A stretch of DNA of 64,000 nucleotides, from the NCBI RefSeq assembly GCF_030684315.1, contig NC_081394.1, forward strand, positions 17,094,658-17,158,657, written 5' to 3'. Positions 50,885-63,180 of this stretch are shown here, in pieces. Source of the stretch: Stegostoma tigrinum (lineage: Eukaryota). The position numbers were made by a program, and so were the translations under genes. How positions within the stretch are numbered: the first letter of the stretch is position 1; the number at the start of each line of letters is the position of its first letter. The notes below the pieces were generated by a model. The model was not told the DNA's origin and ran no database searches. It was given only the letters and a program-made list of their open reading frames with translations.

Positions 50885-51510
50885 ACTTCGGTTACGTTCT
50901 GGATTACTGTTCAAAATCTCAATGCGTGCAGAAGATTATAAATTCACTGTAAAATTCCTCTCTGTTCATTGTCTCTCGGCGTTACCCCAGCTGTAGCTAT
51001 CGGTATTCACTGATTAGAAGAGGGTCGCGGCGGAAAAAAAATGTCGCTAAATTATTTACCGCTTCCTTCCTAATTCGAAAAGCCTGCCACTATGTGGAAA
51101 GGAGGACGAAGTTTTACAAAGAAGTATGTGTTGGTACTAAGTAGTTGATTTGGTTTTAGATTACTAAAGTATAGTTCACACAACCCCTCATTCCATCGTC
51201 CATTTCGGGCGATCCTATTCGGAGGGTCGGTTCAGACCAAATGGTCAAAATGCTCTCTTTCTGCTGTGCACAGATTCCATAAATTTTCTTCCCGCTGACA
51301 TGGGGAAACAGTCACCAGACAATATTTTTAAGTCGCTCTCCTTTCTTCCAAATTTACACCGCATTAACTATTCCACTCTGATTCTGTTTTATTTCAGTTC
51401 AGTTTGAAAGCTTGAAACCGGCAACGGAAAGCCTCACATATAGCATTCTGCAACCGGACAGAACTCGTGTGGTGTTTTGGAAATTGAGAAGTAACAATAC
51501 GTGCAATATA
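50885..51510 (-). repeat. Inverted, diverged paralog of ~6210-6780
   Basis: CAATGCGTGCAGAAGATTATAAATTCACTGT and GTTGATTTGGTTTTAGATTAC are reverse complements of sequence near 6720-6752 and 6513-6533. Confidence 0.75.
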
Positions 51511-51514
51511 TCCA

Positions 51515-54310
51515 GGGTAGCTGTGATGGGTGACTTCAAATTTCCTCTTATTGATGGGAATCTATCAGAGCCAGGAGCCTGGATGGAGAACAATTTGTTA
51601 GTTGTGTCCAGGAGGGCTTTTTGAAGTGGTATGTTGACAATTCAACTGGAGAGGAAGCCATTTTAGACTTGGTACCAGGGAATGAGCCAGGACCGGTGAT
51701 TCATATTTCAGTAGGTGACCATTTAGGCCTAAATGACCATAACTCCATAAGATTTAGAGGAGTCATGGAAGAGGACACTAGTAGCCCTCGGGCGAGGGTG
51801 CTTAATTGGTCAAGAGCCAACTACATCCAAGTCAGACACGAAGAGGAGAATGCGGATTGGAAGCTGTGATTTGAGGGCAAATCTATCTCTGGCACGTAGA
51901 TAGGAGGCTTTTCAAGACCAATTGACTAAACTGCAAGACATGTATTTCCCTGCAAAACTAAATGATAAGAATAGCAGGATTCAGGAACCATGGATGACAA
52001 GGGAAATTGAAATGTTAGACAAAATAAGTGAGGTGTACGACAAGTCTAGGCATCTACAAACTGACAAAGCCATGGATGAATACAAAAGAAATAGGAAGGA
52101 AATTAAATATGCAGTTAGGAAGACAAAAAAGGGGTCATAAAGTATCTTTAGCAAACAGGGTCAAGGAGAATCCCAAGACTTTTTATGCATATATTGGGAG
52201 AAAGAGGGAACCAGGAAAAGAGTAGGCTGACTCAAGGACAAAGAAGGGAAGTTCTAAGTTGAGCCGCAGGAAGTGGAGGACATGCTAAATGATCACTTTG
52301 TACAGGTTTTCACACCAAAAAGAATGACGTGACTAATGTGCAGATCAGGGATGAGTGGGTGAATACTCTAGAGAATATCAACATATTGAAAAATGAAGTT
52401 TTGGGAATCCTAAGTGACGTCATGACAGACAAGTCCCCAGGGTAAGATGGGATCTAAACCATGTTACTCAGAGGGAAGGGGAGGAAATAGTTTGGGAATT
52501 GGCAGATGTCTTCTTTTCCTCATTGACCACAGGTGTAATTCCGGAGGACTGGAGTTTCGCAAATGTTGTTCCCTTATTTAAGAAAGGATGTAAGGATAAT
52601 CCAGAAAACTATAGGCTGGCGAGCTTGACATTTGTGGTGGAGAAGCTCTTAAAGAAGATACTGAGGCACAATATATATGTGCATTTGGAGGAAAATGAAC
52701 TAGTTAGTGAGAGGCAGCATAGTTTTGTCCCAGGAAGGTCAACCTGATTTAATTTTTTGAAGAGGTAATGAGGATAATTGATGGGGAAAGGGCTGTGGAT
52801 ATAGTTTATATTGAATTTAGCAAAGCATTTGATAAGGTCCTGCATGGCAGGTTGGTTCAAAAACTAAATTCACAAGGAATTTGGGATGGCCTGGCCAATG
52901 GAAGTGCTTGGTCACAGAAGATAGAGCGTACTGGTGGAATGAGTTTTTTTCAGAATGGAGACGAGTAACTAGTAGTGTTCCACAGGCGTCAGTCTTAGCT
53001 TCTTTGTTGTTTGAAGTATATATAAATGATCTGGAGGAAAATACGGGTGGTCTGGCAAGCAAGTTTGCTGGTGACATGAAGATTGGCGGATTGGTGATAG
53101 TGCCAACGATTGTGAAAGTATACAAGAGGATATAGTTAGATTGGCAAATTGGGCACAGAAATGGCAGATGGAGTTTAATCCAGAAAAATGCGAGGTGATG
53201 CATTTTGGAGGATCAAGTTTAGAAGTGAATTATATTATAAATGGCAGAACCCTGAGGAACAGTAATGTTCAGACAGATCTGGGCATGCAGGTCTTCATTT
53301 CCCTAAAAGTGGTCACCGAGGTAGTCAAGATAATTCAGAAGGCATATGGTTAGGGAGGCATGGTGGCTCAGTGGTTAGCACTGCTGCCTCACAGTACCAG
53401 GGTCCTCGGTTCGGTTCCACCGTTGGGTAACTGTCTATATAGAGTTTGCACATTCTCCCCGTATCTGCATCTGGGTTTCCTCCGGGTGCTCTGGTTTCCT
53501 CCCAGTCCAGAGATGTACTGGGTAGGTGGATTGACCAAGCTATATTGCCTAGGGATGTTGAGGTTAGGTGGGTTACAAATGGGAAATTAGGGGAATGGGT
53601 CTGGGTGGGATGCTGTTTGGAGGGACAGTGTAGAATTGTTGGGCCGAATAGTCTGTTTTCACACTGTAGGGATCCTATGATTACATGGTATACTTGCCTT
53701 CATTGCCCATGATGTGGAGTACAAGATTTGGCAAACCATGTTGCTACAATGTAAAACCCTTGTTAGGCCACATTTTGAGTATTGTGAGCAGTTTTTGGCA
53801 ATCACACTATCAGAAGGATGTGGAAGCTTTGGAGAGAGCACAGAGAATGCTCAACAGGATGTTGTCTGGTCTCCAGACCATTGGCTGAGAGGAAAGGTTA
53901 AAAGGACGAGCATATCTTTTACTGGAAAGACGTGGCTGAGAAAAGACCTGATAGAGGTCGACAAAATTATGAGAGCAATGGAAAGAGTGGATAGTCAGAA
54001 GCTATTTTTCCCAGTGTTGAAGTTTCAATTACAAAGGGGCACAGGTTCAAGGTGAGAGGGGCGACGTTCAAGGGAGATGTGCAAGGGACGTTTTTCATGC
54101 AGGGAGTGTTAGCAGCCTGTAAATGCACTGCCAGTAGAGGTGGTGGAAGCGGGCACATTGAAGACATTTGAGAAAAACCCAGATGCAGACATGAATTGGG
54201 GGGAATAGAGGGATATAATTTTCAAAAATGGCAGTTTTGTTTTTAGATTAATTAGGTCATAATGGTCAGCACAAGCTTGGAGGGCTGAAGGGCCTCTTCC
54301 TCTCGTATAC
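51515..54310 (+). mobile_element. Degenerate CR1 LINE ORF2 to 3' end, with SINE at ~53352-53685
   Basis: VMGDFKFP, EAILDLV, PWMTREI, FSKAFDKV; paralog of 1-2005. Confidence 0.9.
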
Positions 54311-54474
54311 TTTCTCATTTGTTCATTCATTCTCAAGGGGTCAGTAAATATTTACAAGTTTCTGCTCCACTCAAACACAAAATCACAACTGAACACAGAA
54401 GGAGAATGAGATCTATTTATTCCACCTGAAACTCTGGCATACATAACAAATGAGACTATAGCAAACTTTTCATA

Positions 54475-55285
54475 TCTGACAAATGTTCACCTGAACGTCC
54501 TCCAACCTGGTCTATTGTATCAGTTGCTTCTGATGTGGCCTCCACTACATTGGTTGAGACCAAGCACAGACTTGGGACTGTTTTGTGCAGCATCTGCACT
54601 GTATAATTCTAATCGACAACATCTTCTGGTCACTAACCATTTTAACACCCCTCCCACTCCATTGACGACATGTCCATCCTGGGCCTCCTCCAGTGCCAGA
54701 ATGATGAGACATGCAAACTGGAACAGCAACACCTCATAATCCACCTCAGGAGCCTACAGCCCTATGGGCTGAACATAGAATTCACCAGTTTTAAAATCTC
54801 CCCACCCCTGGCCTCATCCCATGTCCAAACCCTTCTCATTCATCCCTCCTTAACCTTACACAACCTGTCCATCTTATTCCCCACCTATCTGCCCAACCCT
54901 TCCCACTGACCAAACCCCAGTACCCCTACCTCCATCAGACTATCAGCATCCCCACCTACCTTTCCCCAGCTCGACATATCCTCCCTCCCACCTTCTTGAC
55001 CTGACACAGCCTGTTCATCTTCTCTTCCACCTATCTGCCATGCCCATTCCACTGACTAAACCACACCACTCCCTGCCCGCATCCACCTATCACCACCCCC
55101 AAGTACCATTCCCCAGCCCCACCCCTCCTCTCGCTATTTATTTCACATCTCCCTGCCCCTCCCATTTCTGAAACTGACCTGAAACATCAGCTTTCATGCT
55201 CCTCTGATACTCTCTGATCTGCTGTGTTCCTCCAGCTCCATATTGATTTGTCTCTGACTCCAGCATCTTCAGTTTTTGCTACCTC
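54475..55285 (+). mobile_element. Old PLE 3' part
   Basis: MSILGLLQCQNDETCKLEQQHLIIHLRSLQPYGLNIEF plus pyrimidine-rich tail. Confidence 0.75.
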
Positions 55286-55911
55286 CCTAAAGTTATGCAC
55301 AGACGGATGAGTGCAGAAAAATGTCAAATTAGCATTTATTTCCAGACAGTGACAGTCAATGGATGAAGTTCTTATTCCCAACAATTACTAGAATCTGGTC
55401 TGCAGAACAGATGCAGAATAAAATGTCACAGTGCAGATATAATGGGCCGAATGACCTTTTATGCTGTACCAATTCTGTGATTCTGATTCTGGTGAAAACG
55501 GAAATTCTTCTGTTACATAGAGCTGCATAAAACTATCACGTAGAAATGGACTGAGAGAAACAGAAATGTTCACAAATGAGCATCAGCAACGTCCAAGGAC
55601 AGAATGAAACCACAGAACCCTAAAAAAGAAAATGTCCCACACTGTCAGGCAATACTAACATCTGGTATAAGTAACATATATATTTCCTACAGTCATGATC
55701 CAAATAAGAAGTTGCATTGATGATTCAGAATGGTTCTCAGATGAAAGCAGTCCCCTCCTACCATCACCTCTCCCACTGCAGATGTAAATGTCAACTCATA
55801 ACTCACAAAATACAGAAGAGATTAAGACCCAGTCTCTCAACACCCTAATAACTAATATCACAGAATGAATTACACAGATATGAAAAATATGACTGGCTGG
55901 CAGAGAATTAA

Positions 55912-56078
55912 GAGATAACAAGGAGTAGACTTGGATGAACACAACAGGCCAAGCAGCATCAGAGGACCAGGAAAGCTGACATTTCTGAAGAAGTGTCGAG
56001 GCCTGAAACGTCAGCCTTCCTGCTCCTCTGATGCTGCTTGGCCTGCTGTGTTCATCCAGCTCTACACCTTGTTATCTC
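55912..56078. mobile_element. Palindromic element of inverted PLE termini with a hammerhead core
   Basis: GAGATAACAAGG to CCTTGTTATCTC; CTGAAGA 55985 and GAAACGTC 56005-56012. Confidence 0.8.
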
Positions 56079-56079
56079 A

Positions 56080-59000
56080 AGTACAGGTTAATACCTACAC
56101 TCACATATTCACGTGGCAGAAACAGCTATAAAGATATTGTTGATGAAACTCCCATTCAGGTAGCAAAAGAATTGAAAGGTATAGATCTGCAGAGCAGATA
56201 CTGATAGAATAGATTGGGAATAACATTTGCAGTTTCAAATTGTATAAATTTTGTATAAAGTTGTACAAATTGTATAACGTTTGATAACTTGGGGCGGCAC
56301 GGTGGCTCAGTGGTTAGCACTGCAGCCTCACAGCGCCAAGGACCCGGGTTCGATTCCCACCTCAGGCGACTGTCTGTGTGGAGTTTGCACATTCTCCCCG
56401 TGTCTGCGTGGGTTTCCTCCGGGTGCTCCGGTTTCCTCCCACAGTCCAAAGATGTGCAGGCTAGGTGGATTGGACATGCTAAATTGCCCGTAGTGTTCAG
56501 GGTTATGGGGGCATGGGCCTGGATGGGATGCTTCAAAGGGCGGTGTGGACTTGTTGGGCCGAAGGGCCTGTTTCCACGCTGTAGGGCATCTAACATCTAA
56601 CAACTGTACTCACATATTGATGGAATAGAAACTGACAGTGACAGATTGATGATACCACTCAAGCATTCAAATTACAGAAACTAACACTCACACATTCGCA
56701 CAGCAAACAGTGACAGACATAGATTGATAACTACACACAGATATGCACAAAGCAGAAACTGACAGGAACAAAATGATAATAACACTTCCAGATCCATATA
56801 ACATAAACAGACGGGTACAGTTTGATAACTACACTCACATATTGACAGGACAGAAAGTGACAGACACAGATTGATACCTGCCCGCATAGATTCACATTGC
56901 AAAAAGTGACAGGTGCAGGAATATAATTACAGCCAGACCTTCACATTACAGTAACTGACAGGTACAGATTGATAACTAATTTCACAAATTCATTTGCGAA
57001 AACAGAGGCCTAGATGGATAACCATGTTAACACATTAACATAGCGGAAACTGACATGTACAGGTTAATAGCTAGAGTCACATTCACATTGCAGTAACTGT
57101 CAGGGAAAGGTTGATGATGGTAGTCACATGTTCACATGAGAGAACTGACAGTTCTGAATTGCTGACTAAACTCACGTATTGATATAGCAGAAAGTAACAG
57201 GCGTAGATTGATACCTGCATTGACATTCATATGGCAGAAACTGACAGGTGCAAGTTGGTAGGTACGCTCAAATATTTACATTGTAATAATTAACAGAGGC
57301 AGAATGATCATAGTACTCAGGTTCACATTACAGAAACTAAAAGAGACAGATCAACAACCACACTCACAACACACATTTACAATGCTGTGTTTATCGAAGT
57401 CTGCACCTTGTTATCTCTTAATTCTCTGCCAGCCAGCCATAGTTTTCATGTCTGTGTAATTCATTTTGTGATAGTAGTTATTAGGGTGTTGAGAGACTGG
57501 GTCTTAATCTCTTGGTATTTTGTGAGTTATGAGTTGACACTTACATATACGGTGGGAGAAGTGATGGTGGGAGGGGGACTGTTTTCATCTGAGAGCCATT
57601 CTGAATCATCAACACAACATTTATTTGGATCATGGCTGTAGGAAATATATATATTACATATCAGTTTGATAACTGCAGTCATGTATTCACACAGTAAGTA
57701 CTGACTGGGATAGATAGTTATTTATATGTGAATGTGTGAGTGTAGGTATCTATCAAGAACAAGTTGATAACTGCACTCAAATGTTGACATATCAGAAAAA
57801 GCCAGGAACAAATTAGTAACTGAACTCAGACATTCTCACAGAAGGGACGAACAGAGACAGTCTGATAACTACACTCGCACATTCTCATAGCAGAAGTTGA
57901 CGGTTACATATTAATAGCTTCACTCTGAGATACAAAGAGTAGAAACTGACATGGACAGATTGGTAAATACGTTCATATTCACATGGCAGTCATGGCCAGA
58001 GGAAGATTGATAACAAATTTCTCATATCCATACAGCAGAAATTGACAGGCATAGATCGATAACTACACTCATATGTTCACATATAAGAAACGGACAGGGA
58101 GAGAATGATAACTACACTGATATTCACACAGCTAAAACTGACATATTGATAAATACATTCAGATATTCTCAAACCAGAAACTGACAGGAACAGATTAACA
58201 ACAACATTCTCAGATTTACAAAACAGAAACTGATAAGGACAGATTCATAAATATATTCACACATTAACATAGCAGAAAGTAACAGGAAGAGATTGCTAAC
58301 TGGACACGAACTTTCATATCGCATAAAATGAAAGATACAGATTGATAACTTCACTTACGCACTCACAAAGCGGAAACTAACAGTTACAGATTGGTAACTA
58401 TTCTCACATGTTCATCATTCTAAAATTGACACGTACAGAATAGTAAGCACATTCACATATTCACAGAGCAGAAACTGATAAGAACAGATTGATAACAGTA
58501 CATATTCGGAGGGCAAAATCGTATAGATGCAGATCGATATCTACTCTCGTTGACAGTGCAGAAACTAACAAGCACAGATGGATAACTTCACTTACACATG
58601 CATATAGCTGAAAAGGACAGGGAGAGAATGATAATTACGTAGACATTCAAACAACAATATCTGACAGATATAGATTGATAACTGCATTCACATACTCACA
58701 AACTCGAAACTGATGGGCAGAGATTAAAAACTGCATCATACACTCACATAGCAGAAACTGACAATTACAAATTGATGACTACACTTTCATATTCACACAG
58801 CAGAAAATGACAAGAACAGGTTAACAATAAAACTCCCGGTTTCACATAGCACAAATGGAAAGGTCCGGCTTGAAAACGACGCATTTTCGTAGAGCAAAAC
58901 CTGACAGGTACAGCCTCGTAAATACACACACATTAACTAAGTAGAAATTGACAGGTAGAGATGGATAATTAAACTCACATATTGACATAACAGAAACTGA

Positions 59001-59330
59001 GAGACATACATTGATTCCCGCACCCATTCATTCACAAGGCAGAAAATGAGAGGCATAGATGGTAGTTTCTCTCGTATATTTGAATATTAAAGACTGTCAG
59101 TTATGGACTGTCAACTAAACTCTCGTTTACATGGCAGAAACTGATAGGAACAGGTCAGTGGTGAGCTTCACTTTTTCACATAGCAAAAGCCGGTAGTTAC
59201 ATATCGATAACGACAGTCATAGTCACGCAACAGAAACTGTCAGGTCGAGATTGAGAAATGCACTCTCACATTCACAATGCGGAATTAGATACAGATTGAT
59301 AATTACACTCCTGGAAACAGGACAAACTAG
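56080..59330. repeat. Long degenerate 49-bp minisatellite, interrupted by a SINE and an inverted duplication
   Basis: Approximate consensus ACAGATTGATAACTACACTCACATATTCACATAGCAGAAACTGACAGGT; GCAGAAA at 58751 and 58800. Confidence 0.85.
56291..56602 (+). mobile_element. Full-length young HE1-type SINE
   Basis: GGGCGGCACGGTGGCTCAGTGGTTAGC, GGTTCGATTCCC, tail ATCTAACATCTAAC. Confidence 0.92.
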
Positions 59331-59824
59331 CCCTCAATAAACTTGAAACTCTGAACAACACAGTTCACAGACAACTATAAAGCAAAGAAGAACAGACTTG
59401 CACATAAGAGTTTGCAAATGAAACACATTGTCATAATTTGACATCGCAAAAGTACTCTGTTGAAATTAATCCTGAAATAACAATCGCCAGGTCAGTGTGA
59501 ATACAACTGCCTTGTGAGTAAATAAAGTTCAGAAAAAATCCGCCAACATAGACTCGCCCGCATTAAATTATGTGGATTTATCAGAAAGTCATGAAACTGT
59601 GTTAAATCCAGTCCATACAGAGGGTCTGAAACTGACATGTGCGGCTGGAAACACAGACTCCCACATCATTATAGCAAAGAACAAAAGGCACAGAGCCAAT
59701 AGCGCAGTAACTTTCAGTGTCACAAGCACAAAACAATTCTCTCTCAGTCGGATTGACAGGAATAAAATCAAGTTCCACACAACATTTAGATGCAGTTCCT
59801 GACAGATTCACTTTTCGACCCACA

Positions 59825-59977
59825 CTACCCAATCACAGAGAGATTTAGCATGAGGGTTTTGACAGCGTATAAAGTAACCAATGAGGAACGAGGCTTTCCC
59901 CATCCTTCATTTGCATTGCTGACGCCAACAGTCTGCAAAAAGCCAGCTCCGGGCCCGCTCTCCCTGATTCTGTCACC
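59825..59977 (+). promoter_or_regulatory. H2B promoter (copy D)
   Basis: Two CCAAT boxes; octamer 59909-59916. Confidence 0.8.
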
Positions 59978-60355
59978 ATGGTTGAAGAAAAGAAAGGGCC
60001 AGTTGCTAAGAAGGGCGCTAAGAAAGCGGTGAAGAGGGCGCCAGCGAAAGGCAGCAAGAAGAGGCGAAAGTCCAGGAAAGAAAGTTACTCCATCTACATC
60101 TACAAAGTGTTGAAGCAGGTTCACCCCGACACCGGGATCTCCTCCAAGGCCATGAGTATCATGAACTCGTTCGTCAAGGATATTTTCGAGCGTATCGCAG
60201 GGGAGGCTTCCCGCTTGACCCGTTACAACAAGCGCAGCACCATGAGCTCCCGGGAGATCCAGACTTCCGTACGCCTGCTGCTGCCCGGGGAGCTGGCCAA
60301 GCACGCCGTGTCGGAGGGCACAAAGGCGGTGACCAAGTACACCAGCTCCAAGTGA
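59978..60355 (+). CDS. H2B: Histone H2B variant, 125 aa
   Basis: Same protein as copies B and C. Confidence 0.97.
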   Translation: MVEEKKGPVAKKGAKKAVKRAPAKGSKKRRKSRKESYSIYIYKVLKQVHPDTGISSKAMSIMNSFVKDIFERIAGEASRLTRYNKRSTMSSREIQTSVRLLLPGELAKHAVSEGTKAVTKYTSSK

Positions 60356-60383
60356 AACGCCACTTGGCACTGAAAAACCCAAA

Positions 60384-60425
60384 GGCTCTTTTAAGAGCCA
60401 CCCACAAATTCCCTTAAACAGCTGA
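60384..60425 (+). terminator. Histone 3' stem-loop plus HDE-like element
   Basis: GGCTCTTTTAAGAGCC 60384-60399. Confidence 0.93.
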
Positions 60426-61389
60426 ACCATCGTGTCTCTAATTTGCTTCGCGGTTGGTACAGGGAAATATTTAACTTCCATTCTGCGACTGTCTTTTTTT
60501 TTAAATGAGCTGTAAATTAATGTGTGCTTTATTGAGTGAAAATTGCCCATCTACTTTTATTTTCGAAAGAAATATCATCTCGTCTCACCTTTTAGAATGT
60601 GTCCCTGTCTTCAAGTGCCCGTCCCATGGAAAAGACACCTGCCGCTCACCTTACCTATCCCCCTCATGATTTTATAAACCTCTATAAAATCACTCTTCGA
60701 CTTCCGAGTCATTTCTCAGTGACATTGTTCAAATCACCCTTTACTGGATACCGCTGAGATATGAGCCCCCCTGTCAAACAAAATAAACCTGTGCCCACAT
60801 TTGATTCCCCCCGGTTGAAAGAGTTCGCGCGCCGTGAGGAATTTCCCAATTCCTCTACAGCTTCTATTTTGCAGAATATTGTAAATGAGCCTTCCTGTTG
60901 TTGGTGAGAGACTGTAAAAATTAACCGAGATAAAACCTGAACAGTTGTCGGACTGGTGTGCAAGCGCGGAATTATTCAGGTCTGCTATAAAAAGAAAGGG
61001 CCGCTTTAAAATATTGTTTAAAGCATTAATACGCTCACCCGGATGAACGTTGAGATGTTTTATCACTATGTCGGGGTGCTCTTGAAATGCGAAAAAAATG
61101 AATATGTACAGAGGGCTGTTTGTGGCGCTTTTTTTTACGTTTCCGCCTTTTTTTACAGTTAAAAAAAATCCCATTCAGGATCGGAAATGGGCCGAGTGAA
61201 GTAGACGAGGGAATGAGATTTTAAAAATTGTGTGGAATATCCATTCGTAACCTAAAAGTAAATTACCTCGTTAAAAATACTTATGCCTTCCACTTTGTAA
61301 AACTTCTTCCTTTTTTGTACATATTGGCGGGCTTTTCAAATTTGGCAGAAAGCAGTTGATCATTTTGCGGATTAGCGAATGAAGCAATG

Positions 61390-63180
61390 AGGTGAGGGTT
61401 AGGGCATGGTTTAATGCTTCTGTCACGGTTAAGGTTAGGGTTATGCTCAGGGCTAGGTTGAGGTTTAGATTTAGGTTTACGGTTGGGGCTAAGATTACGG
61501 TTCAAACGACGGTTAGCGCAATAAGGAGGGTTATGGTCCGGGCTACGGATTAGTTTAAGATTAGGGCCAGAGCGAGATTCAATGCAGTGGTGAGATAAGC
61601 ATAGAAAATAGAACACAGAACATTACAGCACAGTACAGGCCCTTCGGCCTTCGATGTTGTGCCAACCTGTCATACCGATCTCAAGCCTATCTAACCTACA
61701 CTATTTCATGTACGCCCATATGCTTATCCAATGACGACTTAAATGTACCTAAAGTTGGCGAATCTACTACCGTTGCAGGCAAAGCGTTCCATTCCCTTAC
61801 TACTCTCTGAGTAAAGAAACTACCTCTGACATCTGTCCTATATCTTTCGCCCCTCAATTTAAATCTATGCCCCCTCGTGCTCGCCGTCACCATCCCAGGA
61901 AAAAGGCTCTCCCTATCCGCCCTATCTAACCCTCTGATTATTTTATATGTCTCAATTAATCCACCTCTCAACCTTCTTCTCTCGAATGAAAACAGCCTCA
62001 AGTCCCTCAGCCTTTCCTCATAAGACCTTCCCTCCATATCAGGCAACATCCTATTAAATCTCCTCTGCACCCTTTCCAAAGCTTCCACATCCTTCTTATA
62101 ATGCGGTGACCAGAACTGTACACAATACTCCAAGTGCGGCCGCACCAGAGTTTTGTACAGCTGCAGCATAACATCTTGGTTCTGGAACTCGATCCGTCTA
62201 TTCATAAAAGCTAAAACACTGTATGCCTTCTTAACAGCCCTGTCAACCTGGGTGGCAACTTTCAAGGATCTGTGTACATGGACACCGAGATCTCTCTGCT
62301 CATCTACACTTCTAAGAATCTTGCCATTAGCCCTGTACTTTGCCTTCTGGTTAACCCTACCAAAGTGCATCAGCTCACACCTGTCCGCATTAAATTCCAT
62401 TTGCCACCTCTCAGCCCAGCTCTGCAGCTTATCTATGTCTCTCTGCAACCTACAGCATCCTTCGTCACAATCCACAACTCCACCGCCCTGAGTGTCGTCT
62501 GCAAATTTACTAACCCATCCTTCTACGCCCTCGTCCAGGTCATTTATAAAAATGACAAACAACAGTTGGGTTACAGTTGGGGTTAGTGCAATGTCTAGGA
62601 TTAGCGCCTGGATTAGAACCGGGGATAGAGTTAGTGTTAGTGTTAGGCTTTGGGTCATGGCGAGGATTTATGTTACGATTAGGGTACAGGTGAAATTTAT
62701 GGTTAGAGCTAGGGTTAGGTTCATGCGAGAGTTAGGTCTGATTTTAGCTTTAGGATTAGGGTTCGGGTTCTGTTTCAGGTCATGGTTCGGCGTTCTGCTA
62801 GAGTTAGTGGACAGGTTTTGGTTTAAGGTTAAGTCTCGGGCAAGGCTGAAGGTAAAGGTTAGGTGCACGTTTGGTTAGGTTTAGTGCTCGAATGGGAGAT
62901 ACGGTTAGGGTTATGACGAGGCCTAGAGCTAAGGCCTCGGTTAGAGTTGGGGACTGGTTTAGGGCTGAGGTTATCATTGTGGACAGGGCCACAGTGAGAG
63001 CGAAGGATATGGTTAGGACAAGGAACAGGATAAAGTTCAGTGTTAAGTTTAGGGTTGAGGTTAGAGTTCGTGCTGGGGCTAGGGTTATACCTAGGAACAG
63101 GTTTTGCATTAAGGTTTATGATTAGGGCTAGGGTTAGTGTTAGCATTCGGGTCAGTGTTGTGATTCTGGGGGTTTGTGTT
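61390..63180 (+). repeat. Degenerate TTAGGG array split by a CR1
   Basis: Hexamer variants at 61390-61595 and 62566-63180. Confidence 0.85.
61600..62565 (-). mobile_element. 5'-truncated CR1 LINE with RT C-terminus still open
   Basis: ORF 61696-62658 contains FADDT, LVRPHLEYCVQFWSP, FFTQRVVREWNALP. Confidence 0.93.

Noticed and set aside
56291-56370. Possible tRNA genes (also ~1050, ~53355, ~46370)
   Set aside because: tRNA-derived SINE heads followed by SINE core and tail; no proper cloverleaf or terminator
56600-59330. Regularly spaced motifs as a possible CRISPR-like array (also 42273-42555)
   Set aside because: The intervening parts are homologous to each other, repeats are degenerate, there are no cas genes, and the context is vertebrate
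61696-62658. 320-aa RT ORF as an active or domesticated gene
   Set aside because: 5'-truncated CR1 lacking the RT N-terminus; its start comes from the repeat array and the B paralog is frameshifted
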